Origin: Vitrella brassicaformis CCMP3155
Lineage: Eukaryota > Protista > Chromerida
Length of the DNA stretch: 64,000 nucleotides
Reading direction: 5' to 3'
NCBI GenBank assembly: GCA_001179505.1
Contig: CDMY01000499.1
Location: 296,939-360,938 of the forward strand
Under the pieces are notes generated by a model. That model was not told the DNA's origin and ran no database searches. It saw nothing but the letters and a program-made list of their open reading frames with translations. The position numbers and the translations under genes are program-made. Position 1 is the stretch's first letter. The number at the start of each line of letters is the position of its first letter. Positions 63,568-64,000 of the stretch are shown here, one piece after another.

Positions 63568-64000
63568 ATGACACTCAATCTCGAGACCAAGGCCACCTTC
63601 CCCGTCTTTACCGGCAGGAGTGGCGAGAACGACATCAAGTGGCGTGAATGGGACTTTACTCTCAGAGCCTACTTGGCAGCAAGAGAGATGGAAGTGAAAG
63701 TCTATCTACCTACTAAGGATGAGGACGTCCCGCCGATGAAGATAGCGGTGCCACAGATGGATAGCAATAATCAGCCCGTGGTGAACCAGCAGGGACAGCC
63801 AATCCTGATTGAGCAGGAGAGCTCCAACGCTAAGAACCTCCGATGGCTGTTCGGCTTCCTCGCCCTGCAGACAGCAGACAAGGCCAAGCGACTGATTCAA
63901 GAAGCATACCAGAAGCACGGCGAGAATGGTGCATGGGCGTATCTAGAACTGCGGAAGCGGTTCATACCTGATCGTATCGTACGCAAGCACGAGCTCTTGC
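63568..64000 (+). mobile_element. Ty1/copia-like Gag ORF (open to the window end)
   Basis: Intronless 144 codons: MTLNLETKATFPVFTGRSGENDIKWREWDFTLRAYLAAR...LFGFLALQTADKAKRLI...NGAWAYLELRKRFIP. Matches the copia gag pattern F.G....W..W...L.AYL / A..LI...G..AW..L..RF. Absent from the ORF track because it has no stop inside the window. Confidence 0.78.

Overview
Intron-rich, GC-rich eukaryotic genomic DNA. It is most likely the chromerid alveolate Vitrella brassicaformis, inferred from short microsatellite-filled introns and an oocyst-wall-type gene. All gene models were spliced by hand from the sequence, so exon boundaries need RNA-seq confirmation. About 22 protein-coding loci are present. Recognisable ones: eRF1 (partial), CASC3/Barentsz, QDPR, LUC7, a subtilisin-EGF protease, a tandem CCCH protein, OFD1, an SRSF4/5/6-like SR protein, an alpha/beta hydrolase, a Cid1-family nucleotidyltransferase, PLAC8, an oocyst-wall-like protein, a GRAM-VASt lipid transporter, OXLD1 and FUN14. 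There is also a disrupted WW-kinase-SH3 locus, several hypothetical genes, a copia RT remnant, a decayed LINE, the 5' end of a copia element and three 300-N gaps. The most interesting signals are non-coding. (1) Many introns carry a 5' (CA)n tract and a complementary 3' (GT)n tract that could fold into a hairpin. (2) The octamer TGCGAGCT recurs near start codons, once as a perfect palindrome in the eRF1/CASC3 head-to-head promoter. (3) A putative mitochondrial leader exon is duplicated between two neighbouring unrelated genes, one of which is the nucleotidyltransferase. No rRNA, tRNA or CRISPR array was recognised.
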